A stretch of DNA of 64,000 nt from Trichinella spiralis. Taxonomy: Eukaryota. Made by a program: the position numbers and the translations under genes. The notes beneath the pieces were generated by a model. It was not told the origin of the DNA. It made no database searches and saw nothing but the letters and a program-made list of their open reading frames with translations. The stretch lies in contig NW_003526941.1 in NCBI RefSeq assembly GCF_000181795.1, forward strand, positions 9,568,353 through 9,632,352, written 5' to 3'. Of this stretch, positions 39,081-55,034 are shown piece by piece; position 1 is the stretch's first letter, and every line of letters starts with the position of its first letter.

Positions 39081-42000
39081 GATGCAGAAGAACACAATTG
39101 CCGTAATGTTCAGAGATAAAGCAATATCAATTGAATAATAGCATCATAAGTAAGTTTGAAATTTTCAAAATTGATGAAAAAGATAATCTATTAAAGCTAA
39201 TTTCACGAATGCACATGCAAATTGGACAAATGACAAACAAATGGATTGCTGATTTAAAAATAATGACAATTTGTCTGTTTGTTTGTGAAAAGTAAAAATG
39301 AAATATTTCCGAAATGCAATTCAACGGAATATGAAATTAAGTTTTTTTTAATTGAAAAAATAATAGTGTTGGGTAAATGGAAGGTTGGCATGTGTTCAGT
39401 CGTTGTTGGATAGAGGCGTTTTCACCCGCTGGACAAGGGGAGAGAATTATGAAAATTAAACCACAACCCCATCAAACAAAGGCCAATCAGCTTTGGTTTC
39501 TGTTATCATATTTTCTTATTCGTCGTTTCATTCTTTTAGTTGAAGGTGCAAAATTATTATTTCATATTTTGCCCATTTGCAAAATGATGCTAGAAGATTG
39601 AGCGTAACAGAAGTTAATTTTGAGCGAAATGTGCGGATAAAATCAATAACACAACAATACCACCACCATACAACAACAACAACAACAACAACAATAATAA
39701 TAATAATATGAATAATAAGAGAAAACCAAATCGAAAACAGTCATCTGCCAATGTGATGATGGTATAGCTTGAACTCATGCAAGCAATTATCTATCTTACT
39801 GTTATAAGTTTGCATCATAAAAGAAGAAAAATATTAAAGCTCTGTTCAAAAAAAGTAAAACAAAAAAAAGAAATTAAAAATCAAATTCAAGCATTGCTCA
39901 TTTTGCAGTACAAAGAAAGAAATTGGCATTGAACTGGAAAATAAACCTACCAAGTATTGATCACCAGTTGAAGCATCAACTCATCTGGTAAGTACTTTCA
40001 TCTGCTAATGGAGAAAAAATTATTTCTATTCATATATACATTTATTTATAAGCATGCATTTTTTTTCTTTTGTCTGCAACTTCAAAGCAGAAAGTAGAAA
40101 TTAGTCTGTTGATTAAAATAAAAAATGATAATCTTCTCTCTCGGTACAATTAACTGTAAAATCTCGTGTGGAAAATTTCCTATCGGATTTATATTGGTTA
40201 TAATTTATTTCTCAAAAATAAATTACAACAACATCAGACAAGCATCCCAATTTATGTAGGGTAACTGTTCGTTAACGGTAGTTCATTCGAACATGCAATA
40301 TCCACTAAATAAGATGAAAATAAATATAAGTTATAATATAACTACGGTTTAGCATAATATTCAATTTTTCTGTTGTACTGAGGCAACCGTATGCAATAAA
40401 AACAAGAAAAAGTAAATTTTTTTCTACACTGTTCTCTTTCATCAAAATCAATCGTCCAGCGAAACAATATTAATCAATAATAACAATAATTTAAGTTGTT
40501 AAAATGTATTAAAAAATAATTGTTTTTTAAAATCTGTTTTCTTATCAATTTATGCTCTATTGGCAAACGTTAAGTTTTTAATATATCGAAATATGTCTCA
40601 ACAAAACCGCTTACAACTGTTCAGCAACTGAAGAAGCAAATAAATATCAATCATGATGCTTATAGTTTTCAATTTTCTACGTTTGAACTATTCAAATAAT
40701 TACAATTCTCAAATTTGAAAAGAAGAAAAAAGCCTAACTGTAACTTTGATAAAATTTGCAGACTGTACAAATTTTGATAATGTGAAAGTACGATATATTG
40801 TGAAGAATGTCAATATAGAATTCAACAAACAAATATAATGAAAATTTCCAAAAGTTCTTTCTAAGCATATCAATTCATTGAGAAAGTAACTAATTAAGTT
40901 ATAGGCATAAACATCTGCTTAGGAAGATATGAATGTCAAAAATAAATTTTTGAATTTTTTGTTCAACAACGATTCATAATTCACCTCATAATAAAGCAAA
41001 ATAATGATGAATTTGAAAAAGACTTCAAGATTTTTCCTCATCGATTGATATATTTATGCCAGTGGATAAAATTTAACATTATGAAAAAAACACGAATATT
41101 TTCAACTTTAAAATCTATAAAATTTCAATTAGCATAATCGTGTGAAAATCAAATCGTTTGATAAAGTGTAATTTCTTTTCTTACAATACAATTTTTGCAA
41201 TTGAAATCATTACATTTATTTTCAGTAAAAAAATCTTTCCCCGTGCAAAATTCACAAAAAAAATTTACATTTCAAATTTCTTCAGTTCATTAAAAAACCA
41301 ACAAATCTGATTTTATATTATATGAGAAGTAATGAAAATTGTAAATGGATAACACAATGCTGCTCAAGTGATTCACTGATTCATTTCAATGAATCAAAAT
41401 TCAGCTTAATCAGTTAAGCTGAAATGACGGAACTGATGGGAAATAATTTGCAAAGTAAATTACAACAAAAAAGGGAAAATAATTCATTTCATTCCATATT
41501 TTCAATCATTAAAAAATAATTTTTCTGTCAATACATAAAAGCACGAAAAACAGTTGTTGATCTTATCAAACAATTAAACCAAAGAATCATCAGATAAGGG
41601 TGCGAAATATTCATAAATCTACACTTTAAAATTAATGAATAAATTTGTACCTTTTTAAACATATTATTATCATTATTATTGTTAACAGCAGTTTTGATTG
41701 AATAAATAAATAAATAAAATTTTAATATAAAATCATGAAATCATTGAATATCAATTCTTCGCATTAATTCAATGCTTCTTTTTCCAATAAAAGAATCACA
41801 TCATCATCATCATCATCATCAAATATACATATGATCAAGTATGTTAATGTGTGTAGATTCAGTTGGTCTAATGAAAAAAAAAAGATTTATAATGATATAA
41901 ATTATTAACTGATTGATTTGTGACCATCACAGAATTAAGAATTAAAATTCATCATTAAAACACAAATCACAACCACCAACTTCCGCTGATCCTAGCATAG

Positions 42001-45000
42001 TTTCTTCTGATGAAATATTCGTTTTAATAATTCATTGTACAGAACGACCATACAAATAATTGACAACGCAGTTAATTTTTCAATTACTGTTATGTCTGAA
42101 AAAAAATTCTAATTCGAAAACAAACTTCTTATAAAAACCTGCAAAAATGGCATGGCATAATTTTCATAATGAAAGATATGAAAAAATAATTTTCTGCTTC
42201 TTTTTTTATATCGACTAAAATCGAGAGCACTTGATCGAAATTCGCATTAGCAAAAATTCTTTTTGACGTCAAACCTACTCCATTAAAATTGAAAAATTCT
42301 AACTAAAATTTTGACACTGTACAAATGGAAGAAAAACTTTCAAAAAATTACATTCAATATTCAAATTTGAAATAAATATTAAAAGTAGAAGTGATTCATT
42401 TCTCAACTTTTCATTTGGTTTATTAATAAATCTTAATTATACCAAAGTGAAGATTTTCACATAACAATATGCTAATTTATATTTTTTGTACATTGTTTCA
42501 CTGGTTGCATTTGTTAATCGATTATTCGAAATTATTCTGGAATGAATAATAAAACTACAAAAATAGCACCAGTTTCAGATAACAAATTCTCAACAACAAA
42601 AACCGCACGCTTTTACAGTTTTCAAAGCTATAAATTTAACATTAAATGCAAACAATTAATTAACAAAAAAACAATAACTGCATACAAATAATGTATATGA
42701 ATATAAGAAGAATGCTTAAATTTTGACACCATCTTCTGTCTCGCTTTTTCTCCCCCTATTTGCAATGCAACAATTATTGATCTCTCATAATTAACACATT
42801 CTTCGCCTACAGCTGATTAATGTTATCATAGGTTGATGCTAAGGTTGATTTGAAAATTAACAAAATAAAAAGCACAAAATTAAAATATTTCTTCATTATA
42901 TTCTTGCATGCCACCGCACGATAAAAGCAATTTTAACTTGAAAAAGCAATAACTTCTTTTCAAACAAAAAAACGAATTGTGATCTTTACATAAAAAATTA
43001 ACATAAATCATATTCATCAGCAAGGTAATAAAATTGTCCACTACTAGTGAAATTAAAAAAAAAGAATTATCGAATAATAATTTATTAAAAAAACTTGCAC
43101 TGCTCAATTTTCCAAATTAAAAGAGAAACAGTACCAGGAATAAAAAATTTATAGTAGTGAAAAGTAGCTGATGAATTATACATTTTAAATCACATACATA
43201 GTAAGTACATTTATGATTAGCTAAGTATGAATAGTCAAAAAATATTTCAAATATTACATTTTACAATCAATGTATTGAATAATTCATAAGAGACGATCAA
43301 ATTTCATAGTAAATAAATTCCACTCACAACAGGACTCAACTTTGCTCTGCCTTTGAATTTTAAAATTCAAATTTGTTTCTTAATAAAATTATCCTCTCTT
43401 ACACATGAATAATCAGATATAATCATCATCTTAAACCATAAATACACACACGCATATATATGTATCAAATTTCAATTAAAAATTTTCTTGAACAAACATT
43501 TTTAAATTCCATATATAGATTTCAATCAATTCTACAAAAAAGGAAGTTATAAGTGACAGTGCTTTCATCTTATTAATGGTCGTCATTTTCAACATTTCCT
43601 GAGATTTTCAAAATTGAAACTGCAACAGTTTATTGACTCAATTTATGATTGACCAGATGAAAACTGATAGTTACAAGTCCCTTGCGTTTGACAGTCCTTT
43701 AAATTTTCTTACTAACAGACAATGCCAATCAACCAGAATAAAAGAATCCCTTTTCCCCCATATACATATATATACATATATGCATGAAAAATATAATATC
43801 AATTTTTCGTTGAAATAAAATAGCAACATTACATGAAAATGCGCATTTAAGATTTTCCAAAATTTACCAAAATCCATTACTACTTTATTAATGTTCTATT
43901 ATTACACAACTTAAACGGAAGTTGCATTGTGTAAAATCAATTAAAAACAACAACAACAACAGCAGCATACACTGCATTAAGTAATAATAAAAGATAAATA
44001 TGCAAATTTAAAACTAATCCAATAAATTTATGTTGAGGTAAAGAATAAGAATTGTACTGAAAAGTCGGAAATTTACCTTCAACTCTCAAGAGAAAATATA
44101 ATATCAATACTATATAGTCTACAACAGATTGAAATTGGGCTAATAAATTCCCAAGATGAAAGTAAAATTTCAAAAACCGCCTTGCATAACCAACCAGAGG
44201 AACAATATAAATGAACAATTTTCCATTTTCTATTAACACCATAGAGAAGAGAATAGATTTCAACTGTTGAATACAGTTTTCCGTTTTTTAGTCAATAAAT
44301 TAAGTCGTGAACTTTAATGTTACTTCCCAAGTGAGTGAATGCAAATTTTTTGTTTATAACTTTAAAATTAGGAGAAAAATTGTCCTATAAAATCAGTAGC
44401 TTATATTTAAATTTCCAAAGCAGCATTAATGTACATTAAATTCCGCGTTCCGCTATAAATAATATTTCATAAAAGACGCAAATGAATAAATAAATGAAAA
44501 AACCAACACGCATTTAGAACAGTTGGATTACAATTAAGCATGCTACTTCAGTACATTAACTGATACAATAAGCACTATTAAGGTCTGTCAGTTGTTGTCC
44601 GCTATGGATTGCAATCATCGATTTGTAAACGACACGTTACATATTCATCATTTGTAACATACAAGCATTTGTTCATTAAAAAGATGTCAATTTTTCCAAA
44701 CATACGCGATGCATTCATTTATTGGAAAAAATCTTCATGATCTCACACATATTATGCTTGCTTAATTACGCAACATAATCTCACATAATTAATGCATAAT
44801 CATATAAAAATGATATAAATTTGAAATGATTTTCATGGAAAAAGTTCCAAGTAGAACATTTCTGATGAAATGAATAATTCGCCTCTGCTAAATAAGTATA
44901 TATATATATATTATTATAACAAAATTTCTATTTTTAATTTGCTCTTATTATTAATATTTAACGCAACAACAACAACACTAATAATAATGTTAATAGAATT

Positions 45001-45534
45001 TTAGAATAGAATCAGTGTAGTTTAAAAATTGTTCATTTAAAATGGAAGAACAATTTTACAGAGGATATTGAATTTCTGCTTATTGTTACCCCAATATCCC
45101 AGGAATTGAAATTTAGCTAGGACATTCAACGCTTCCACCTGAAAATGCAAATTGTTCGTTCACGCATCAAAATATTAGTATTCATTTTGTCAATTCAATG
45201 AACTAATCCATCCAAACTTTGTAATGCCATTTTCAGCTGAGCAATATCATCAATTAATCGCTCATTATAACAACGTTCTCTTTTTAAAATTACATTATAA
45301 TTGTAATTGTTTTTCAATTATTATACAAAGGGAGAAGTCAGAAAATGGAAAAAGAGGAGAGAAATATTTCTTTTTTCAAAAATGAAAATTAATAAATAAA
45401 TCGCACAATATAATTATGGAATAAATCAATTTTTCAAATCGATATAAAATGTGATCAGTGACAGACAAGTTTGTCAAACAAGAACGGGCAAAAATGTTTC
45501 CACAGTAAATGCAGTTTCCAAGCAACAAACACCA

Positions 45535-45550
45535 ACGCCCGCCCCGCCCA
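45535..45550 (+). promoter_or_regulatory. Possible GC-box cluster upstream of the anoctamin gene
   Basis: acgcccgccccgccca in AT-rich DNA ~640 nt upstream of the ATG; motif match only. Confidence 0.25.
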
Positions 45551-46187
45551 GTGATGATGAATAATTTCAACCAAGTTCAGCACCGACTACTAAGACACCA
45601 AGTGACAACAATTGTAACAGTTGTCACAATAACATTAGCAGATAATAAGAGCAACTGCCGTTATTATATGCAAATGTTCCACTGGAAGGAAGAAAAAACA
45701 ACAACAGTACAAATCGCACATTATTATTATTATTATTATACCATTGTCTCATTTACGTGGGTGTTAATCATTTAATATTTTTTTGTAATAATTAATCAGT
45801 TGTGATGATAATGTGATAAAAATGATAATAATAAAACAAGAGAAAAATCGATCAATAATAGATTGCAACTATTTCGAAGAGTTGCTGTTTCCGTATAGAG
45901 AGGTTCGCTTTGCAATTCAATAAACATATATTTGCTTATTTATTCTAGTTTTATCTAATTTAAAATTATAGTTGAAAATAATTTTTGTTTGTTTATGTTG
46001 AATTGCATATAAATGAATAAATTTAAATTTAAATTTAAATATACATATGTATGTACGACCATGTAGCAAAGTGGAGGTCGAATTCCATCGCAAGTCACAG
46101 CCCCATTGGTCATGGAAGTGACGTCAAAAAGCAATAAATAAAAGCAATTGACCCGCCCACTACCGCCACCATACGAGGCGAGTCCAG

Positions 46188-49100
46188 ATGCAACAATCAA
46201 ACAATTTGTTGTTGACAAGCAGGTTGGAATTGCAGTCGCAAAGAGGAGATATTGAAGAGAAAAACACAAGCCGGCCGTGCGGTGGGCGTCGGTCGAGTGG
46301 AAGCTTGGTCGCTTTGGGATCGGTGCCAGGGGCGTTGTCGAACGGTTGTCCAAAAGCCACGCTGTTGTTGCAAGACAAAGAAGAAGAAGAAGCTAAAGGA
46401 GGAGGTGGTGGTGGTGGTGGTAGAACACAAGGTGGTCGGTTGGTCCAGTCGAGCATCGGGTCAATTGGCAGCCGGAAAAGCGACGGTCAGAAGCCAAATT
46501 TGGCGGATTTCGTCCTTGTTTACGAAAAGCAGCCCAATGTGGACAAACTGATGGCACAGAGATGCTTTTTTGAACAGAACCTCCGGACCGAGGGTCTCCA
46601 ATTGGAGGTGGAAAGTGAACCGTCCAGTAGAGTTTGTTTTGTTAAAATATACGCGCCGTTTGGGTTGCTTTGTCGTCGTGCGCAGAGGCTCCAAATGAAA
46701 TTGCCCGTGCGGACGGCGGTCCATGGGTGCCACGGAACCCCTCGGCAGCAGGTTTTGCCAAACGAGCTCCAGAGGTCGAAAAAGCCGACACCGTTCGGCT
46801 TCACGATCGACGAAGAACTGCTGCTCAGCCAGCCGACACTGCACATCACGGCACCGTTTATCCAAAGTCGCCTGGACTTGTACAACGCTTTGGAAGAGGA
46901 GAAACTGTTTTCCACAAATCAACGTTCCAGGATCGTTTTCGACCTGCTTCAACGGACCCGTTGCGATCCGAACAACAAAAACAAGCACGGCATCGGTTGG
47001 ATGTTAAGCATTGGCGCCTACAAAGCCGCCTACCCGCCCCACGACGGTCCGTCGGATTACAAAGGTCTGGACCCAGGGGACCGCGACCAATGGTCGACGA
47101 GGCAAATTTTGCGCCTGACTTGGGCAAACTTCAGCTGCATGCTCAAACCACAGCCGTTGCAGTTGATCCGCAGCTATTTCGGCGAAAAAATCGCCTTCTA
47201 CTTCGCCTGGCTCGGCTATTACACCGCCTGGCTAACACTGCCGGGTCTGTTCGGCTTGATCTGCTTCGTCTGCTCGTTGTCGTGGACCCACAGCAGCGAC
47301 CATCATTATTTGGCCGAAATCTGCAACAGCAACAAGGCGCCCGGCAATTTGACCATGTGCCCAGTTTGCATACCGGAAAATTGTGTCCCGTGGAAATTGG
47401 CGAGCAGTTGTGAAAGTGCAATTTGGAATTACACGTTCGACAATTATGCCGGCATTCTGATGGCCGTGGTCACGTTGACGTGGGCAATTTTCTTTTTGGA
47501 AACTTGGAAACGACGAGAAGCATCACTAGCATTCCAGTGGGATGCGTTCGACGTGGAAGAATACAGCGAAGGATTGAGACCAGAATACGAAACCGAAATC
47601 CACCGCCTCAACTCTTCTTCTTCGTCAACAACAATAAACCACCAGGAATTTCAAATGCCACTACTGAAGAGCATATGCCGCAAAGGTGCATCATTATCCG
47701 GCGTACTGCTGCTGATCGGTGCGGTTCTGTTGGCGTTGGTGGCTTTGATAGTAATTCGAATTGAAATTTACGGTCTGTTGAAAAAGATCGGCGGCTTCTG
47801 GTTCGCATACCAATACGAAGTGACCAGCATGATCATTCATCTGTGCACATTCGCCGTCGTGATGACCCTCGGCTTGATTTATGAACAAAGTGCCCACCGA
47901 TTGACCGATTTCGAATGTCCACGTACACAGACGGATTATTTGAACAGCTACATCTGGAAGGTGTTCATTTTCGAGCTGCTCAACAATTTCGGACCAATAT
48001 TCTATGCGGCTTTGATACGCGGACAAAATTTCTCACTCCCCAACGAACAAACCCATCTCAAAGAATTCTGCGATCCAGGAGGTTGCCTCAACGAACCCGT
48101 ACAAGCTATCGCCATACTTCTCCTAGCTCGACTGTTAATAAGCAACGCCGCTGAACTTGGATATCCACTTATGAAAAAAGTTCTCAAAGGTAAGTCTTCT
48201 TTTGAAAAGATTTTTCAACATCTTCCATTGAATTCAATTAACTGACCTTTTCAATTTCAACTTTAAAATTCTCCCTTGGATCATGCTGCACAATTCAGTA
48301 TAACTACTGCACTATCGAAAGTTTACCGCTAATGCTAATGCTCATGTGGAAACAGTAAAAATTCTCCTCAATGAACATTAACTCAAAGAAGAGGAGGAAG
48401 AAAAAAAATCTCGGTAATTAATTGCCATCTCTAAATAATACATCATTCGACATTCTTCAATAAGTCAATAAGTATGGTTTAATGACAATAACAACAAATG
48501 ACAAATAATTATTTATAAATATGAGTTCTTCTTCAGTACGAATAATTTCTTACTTTATTTAATTTATAAATTTATTACTACACAAAATAAGCTCAGTCAC
48601 AACAAATACATTATTTTAAATATTATTTGTAGATAACTTTCAACAGACAAATATCTATTTCATTTATTCTATTATTGGTTCGTTTTGTTTATATTATTTA
48701 GCAAAGCAATATTATTCCACTTTAAATGTGAGGAATATCTCAAGTTTCCATTAGAGAAGACCTAGATGAACAGCATCCGCTTCCCCAGTGTTTAATCTCA
48801 CTTCGCCAACAGGTAGATTGTATGCTTTTAATTAATGGTCAGTTTGTCGATTATCAATCACTTGTTCTGTTGACTGCGCTTCTCTACTTTGTTTAACTCC
48901 CCCAAGCAGAAGACAATTACAACGTAAGAAAATATCAAGCAGTGCAAAAATATCAACCAAAATGAAAATTATTTAACAAAAACAAAATAAACTGGTAAAT
49001 ATCAATGTTATTTAACTTATTATTTTTTAATTGAAGTCAAATATTAAAAATAACTGGCTGCATCCGATTATTCATACGACTATTAGATATGTCTATCTTT

Positions 49101-51394
49101 GCAATCAATAAGCATCAGTCTTGAAACAGGCGTCAGTCAATTTCATAAAGCTCATCAATATTTACAGTTTACACAGTTCTGATTTGTCAAAAAAATTTCA
49201 AATATTTCTTTTATTATAAAATTCTCACTTTCAAATAATTTTTCATTAAGTGAAATTCATTTTCAACTAATAATTAATTTCACTTAAATTCCACAGTAGA
49301 ATTGCCATTGTTATGAATGCAAAATAGCAGAAATTAAGCAGTTGACTGATTTAACTTGAAATAATATGCATAATAAAAGATAATAATTATTATTTAAAGC
49401 TACTGAAAGGTGGTTTATTTCAATGTGCACATGTAGTATTATATTATTTTCTAATATTAATGGAAAACTATGGCAGGAAATTCAGAAATAAATCAGCCAT
49501 ATGATCTGTCAGTTGAACAATTTTTTAATCACAGCTCTGAGAAGAGCACTATGAATTATTCCATGTCACCTTAGAAACTGACCAATATCAAATATTGATG
49601 TATGCATTAATATTTACAGCGAAGTTAATGACAAACAGTCAGTCCATCATTTCCCCGATATAATCTTTGAAGATGCAATCTAACATAATGTAAACAAAAA
49701 ATGCAACTGTGAGTAATGAAAATCATATTTTACACTAACAACTGTTTAATATTTAGCAACATACAATGGCCGTCGGCCATACGGCAGTCTTACAAATAAG
49801 ATTTTTCTTAAGGATTAAAAAACTCTGAACACAAAAATTTGGAATATTTCATTCAGTACTAATTCAAAAAGTCATCATTCAATCTATTCAACATGGGAAT
49901 AAATTCTTTCACACAAATATAAAATTCTTTTTTTGTAAGCGTGAAAAATTGATTGCACCACAATATATCAGTCAACTGCATAAATTGCTATTGCTGTCGT
50001 AAAAAGAATTTATGCTATATTCAACTGCGCAGAAAGAAAATAATTCGTTTATTCTCTCTTGCTATAAAATTCCTATTACCAAGTGTAATGCTAATGTTGT
50101 TGAAATTTTCTTCAAAATATATAGAAAGCTTGCATAGACAGTTAAATGATTGCATTAAAAAATTGTTTCTTAATTACGTTAGTAAAATTCACTTTACAAC
50201 TTTCAAATTGATTTTTTCATTTCACACATTTTTATTACGCTTAAGTTAATAAATTCAAAAAATACAATTTCTTTAAATCATCAAACGCCGAGTGAAATCG
50301 TGCAATCTATAAATCAGTCCCAATGTCCTAATAAGTGACTTTGTTTTCATAATGCTTCATAATGTTACAGTCCATAATAAATAGACTGCAACAATCTCCG
50401 TTATTCATAATTAGAAAACCGAATTGCTGCAGAGCATAAATAAATAATGAAGTTGTAGAATTATTAAATTTAAGCTTCATCACGTCCAGTTTGACAAAAA
50501 ACATTTTATAAGAAAAAAAATCATTTTTCGTTTTCAGGCCGTCGACTAGTCACATCTGAAGTAAGCCCCGTGGAAGAGGGTGCTAATGGAGGGCGAAATC
50601 AACCTACATGGCGAAAAGACTTTGCCTTAAACGAACCTCATCTTGATGGAGTCTATGCAGAATATTTAGAAATGATGGTACAATTTGGTTATGTGACACT
50701 GTTTGTTTCCATATTCCCACTGGCACCTATGATCTGTCTGCTGAATAACATTGTCGAAGTGCGCTTAGATGCAATCAATTTTGTTGTCTCTTACAGACGG
50801 CCGGTGCCAATAAGAGTAGCCGGCATTGACACTTGGCATCGCTGCTTGAACATCATTTTAAAACTGGCTATCATTTGCAACGGTGCTGTGTTGGCTTTTA
50901 CAAGCGAAATCCTACCGAAAGTGATACACAATTTCTACTTCCAACAGGATCAAAATGAATCTTATTTGGAATTTACACTCATCTCTTTCAATACAACCTC
51001 TTGGCCCCAATACAAAACATACTATCCTGAGGAGAATCAAATTTGCTATTACAGAGACATGTACCAGCACACGGTCAAAGGGCAGCAGATAACAATTGCA
51101 CGTCTAGCGGTATTCATCGCGTTTGTAATGTTCTTTTATCTACTACACTGGTTAGTTCATACGTTGTTGCCAAAAATTCCCTCCGACATAAGTAATTCAA
51201 TGAGACGTGCAAATTTAATAGCGCGGGAAGTATTTTACGGGAAAGATGTCGATCTAGGTAGTTTGGAATACTCAAGCGGAGTGAATGAAAATTCAAGTAT
51301 AGCGGAAGAAATGGAAATGAACAACTTACCATTTTCGTCGGAATCTTTAACGTCGAAAGATGATTATTCAAAAATTGTCACTGCAGCCGTTTGA
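46188..51394 (+). CDS. Anoctamin/TMEM16 family Ca2+-activated channel or scramblase, ~952 aa
   Basis: Exons 46188-48189 and 50538-51394 join across a phase-1 intron. Motifs DFVLVY, AAYPPHDG, QPLQLIRSYFGEKIAFYFAWLGYYT, FLETWKR, EYLEMMVQFGYVTLF..FPLAP and NNIVEVRLDA. The start codon is uncertain. Confidence 0.93.
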
Positions 51395-53027
51395 AAATTG
51401 TTTTTGTCTAGATGATGGAATGGAAATGTACTTTGTGCCTTGCTCTTCTCATTCCAAGAAGAACAATTTCGCTTTAAGTCACTAAAATTTTACAATGTAT
51501 TTATTATTGCAAATATAAAAAATAAAAATTTTTGTTTTTTTATTACCGAAATTAGCAAGTAATTCACATTTTTCAGGACTTCATTCCAGTCTTACAAAAG
51601 CAGATCAAACTTCTTTGATGCAGGCAAGTGCATTTTCATAAAACAGTCATTGTAGAATATGGTCATATTAAAGTTAAAGATAAGAAATGATGTGCAACGT
51701 CGTTAAATAACTGATATCAATGCCAAATTATAAACAACTGCCATATTTCTGTTTTTCATCTTTTACTGTAAATTAACTTCAATCACTTGAATCAAAGCAG
51801 GTACAAATATAAAATCCCGCCAAGTGGAAACCAGTCTTCACGACAATTTTGATAAGTAGAACATTGATTTTCAAGTACTAATTAAAAATCAAAAGTGTTG
51901 GAAATGGCTTTCTGAAAGAAATGGCAGTTTTACAGAATAGTACTTTGAAATATTTTCACTTTGCACTTTTCAGTTCATAACTAAACTTCAAGTTGTTTAG
52001 TTGGACATTTCAAGAAGCCTCAACTTTTCAATTAAGAATTACATCTTAGGATGTTGAATTTTTAAAGTGATATTAAAATCATTTTTTACTTTTATTTTTA
52101 TCATCTTGTTAAAATTATATGTAAACATCCATTTTTACCTGATTAACATATCAATGTGAGGATATAGAAGTTCGTTTTATTCATCACATTTAAACATGTA
52201 GTAAACGTCAGCAAGTTCATGATGTTCTAGTAAACAGTAAATTGCAGTAATATGGTTGAATATTGTATGATTATGCGAAATTCAACTAAATGTTCAGTTT
52301 TAATGTTCTCATTTAGATTGAAATTGTATCTATTGCAAATTAGAACATTTAAAATGAGCTTATGCATAGCTTCACTTGGATAATAAAAGCACTATAGCTC
52401 TACGTCTGTTATTAGAGTTTGCGTAAGACTTTTTTGGTAGCCAATAGTGTGGCTCATTGGATTTGCACTTTTCAGATGAATCTCTAAGCTAATGTTTTGT
52501 CGCAGCTTTAGCAAAAAACAGAAACGTTATAGAGAAGCATTTGACACTCTATAATACAGCAGGACGGCAGGTATATTTTTTTCTGTGTAGTTCTTTAGTA
52601 TATCTGTTCAAATGGTAAAATTTTTGAAAAAGTTTTTCTTATATTATTCATTATAGATACACCTTTTTGCTAATGACTCTTCTACTCTTATTGTGCTTCC
52701 TAAGTTTGGCTTATTTCATTATTTCTTTCTATTGCAGAATTTCGTAACATTATTATATGAAACTGAAAAAAATTCTATAACATTGAATGAAAATAAGTTG
52801 AAACGCGTGGTAAATAATTAATTGATCAGTATATAACTGTATAATGATTATTTTTATCATATTAATAAATTTTTATCTACAGAAATTATACATATAATTT
52901 AAGTACTGTAATGTAACTTGAATTTTATATTTTTCATTACTGTAGTTTCTGTAAATAAAATTTGAAGATAATTTTTGAATGTTTTTACTGAATTCCGAAA
53001 GCACATCTTGTTTTAATAGAAGCCGAG

Positions 53028-55034
53028 ATGTTGCCCTTTCATGATGCATGCTATTTGGGTTTGCTTTCGATGGCAGAAGATTTTCGAACTCGCAATCCGC
53101 CTGAAATTGTGAATGCTCTTCGATGTTTACTATCCATTTTTGAATTTAGTCCACCAATAGTAATCGAGGCTCGGCTGCATTTTCAAGTTGGTCACATGTA
53201 TTGGTCATTTACAGAAAATATAGATCATGCAAGGCAGCATTTAGAAAGAGCGATTACATTAGCTCGTTCTCATCGTGCATTTGAAGATGTGCTTAGTGAT
53301 GCTGCATATTCACTGGCGCAACTGTATTTTAAAACCAATGAAAATGCGTTAGGAAGAAATCTGCTATATCAGACAATTGAAACATTGAAGAATTGCCAAG
53401 GTATGTTTTGTCGGCAAATCAGACTAGTTTTTCAGCTTGCTCAACATTTGGTGAATGATCGTGATTACATTACTGCTAGAGAAGTGCTTCAGCTGGGTTA
53501 TCAAGCTGCCGTGAACGAAAACTGCATTTATATACGTATTATGATTCTGCTTAGTATATCACAGCTTTACATGTTTGAATCTCGTGTAAAAGAATTGCAT
53601 CAAACTCTGAGTAAGGTTTCTCAGCTGATCGATAGTTGGCAAGGATCATCGATTCGTCGGGCCCATCTTCGAGCCTGGTTTTTTGTGATTCAGATTTGTT
53701 ATTTTATGTCTGAAGGTAAAGCGAAAAGTAGCAAAGCCTGTTTGATCGAACTGCAACAGCTTGTTCAAGTAATTTTTATTTCTGCTTATTCGGAGAAAAT
53801 TTATTATTATTTTTTTAGAACGTAATTTAATAATTATAAGTATGACCTTGTTTTTAGGTAAATTATCATTGTTGTTAGTAGATTTTATTTTGCGCGTTGC
53901 ATTTATTTTATGAGTAATTTCATTTATTTCAAAATTAAAATAATTTTGCTGTACTAATTTCTATTTTAATTGTTACTGAAAAATATTTTTTTGAAGATGA
54001 TCACGCACACTGGGCATCAAGAACAAAAAGACGAACAGCAACAGTATGAATATTTTCAATGGATCTCGGACGAACATCTTTGTATATTAGTGTATGCAAT
54101 GACAGTGATGGAAGCGCTGCATTGTGGCAAGTTTAACAAAGCACGTCAGTATGCTGAACGAGCATTAGCGCATGTGGAAAAATTAAGAAGATTGAATCAA
54201 GAGGATAATATGGCACAGGGTTTGTGGCTATTATTACTGGAGCACAGTATCCTTTCCCAGTTGAATACCGGCCACTATGTGTCAGCAGTGAAGGAAATTT
54301 CGCTATTAAAATCTGCTTGTCATTGCAACCCACGTCTGTTTTATCAATACGGTTCGCGGTTGCATATGTTGCTCGGACTTTATGCTGTATCAATGGACCA
54401 AGCTCAAGCAGGTGAAGCTCAGTTCGCCGCTGCTCTTAGGTTCAACAGAGATCCGAAGCTTTCGTTTTACCTCAATCTGAATTTGGCTGTACTTTATTTA
54501 CAGTGTGGACGCGAATCTGAGTTTTACAATCTAATGGACATAAGTCCTGAACGTTCAGCTGAGCAATCGGTCAACTTGCGAGCGGCGAGTTTATTCGTAC
54601 GGGGCATGCATTTGATGCTTCAGCGACGTTATCCAGAGGCGAAAAAGGTTCTCTGCGACGCTTTAGAAGTAACTTCCAAAGAAGATCTCAACCACTTGGT
54701 GTCGTTTTGCTTTGTACTGATTGGCCAAATGCTTCTTGGTGTCAATCCCAGACCGGAACATTTGCAAGAAGCTTTGAAATTGTTCACATCATCTTTGCAT
54801 CTTGCTCAAAGTAGTGCCGATGTTACTGCACAGGTGTGGTCATCGGGAGCTTTGAAAAATTTGTATGCAATTTGCCAAAATGCTGATCAACAGAAACATT
54901 ACGGTCAGCTTGAAGGCGATTTGGTTCGAGGAATGCTCCAAGAACAAGAACATTCTCGTCAACTGGCCGAACATCAGTTGATCAATATAACTGATTTAAT
55001 GGATCGTAATTTATCTCACTTTTCTTTGCTATAG
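53028..55034 (+). CDS. mau-2: MAU2/Scc4 cohesin-loader subunit (TPR-like)
   Basis: Exons 53028-53768 and 53997-55034. Hallmark N-terminus YLGLLSMAEDFRT..PP, EARLHFQVG, ARQHLERA, FQW...EHLCILVY and QVWSS. Confidence 0.92.

Noticed and set aside
45955..48187. Overlapping ORFs up to 247 aa on anoctamin exon 1
   Set aside because: Expected from high GC3 codon usage; no independent motifs.
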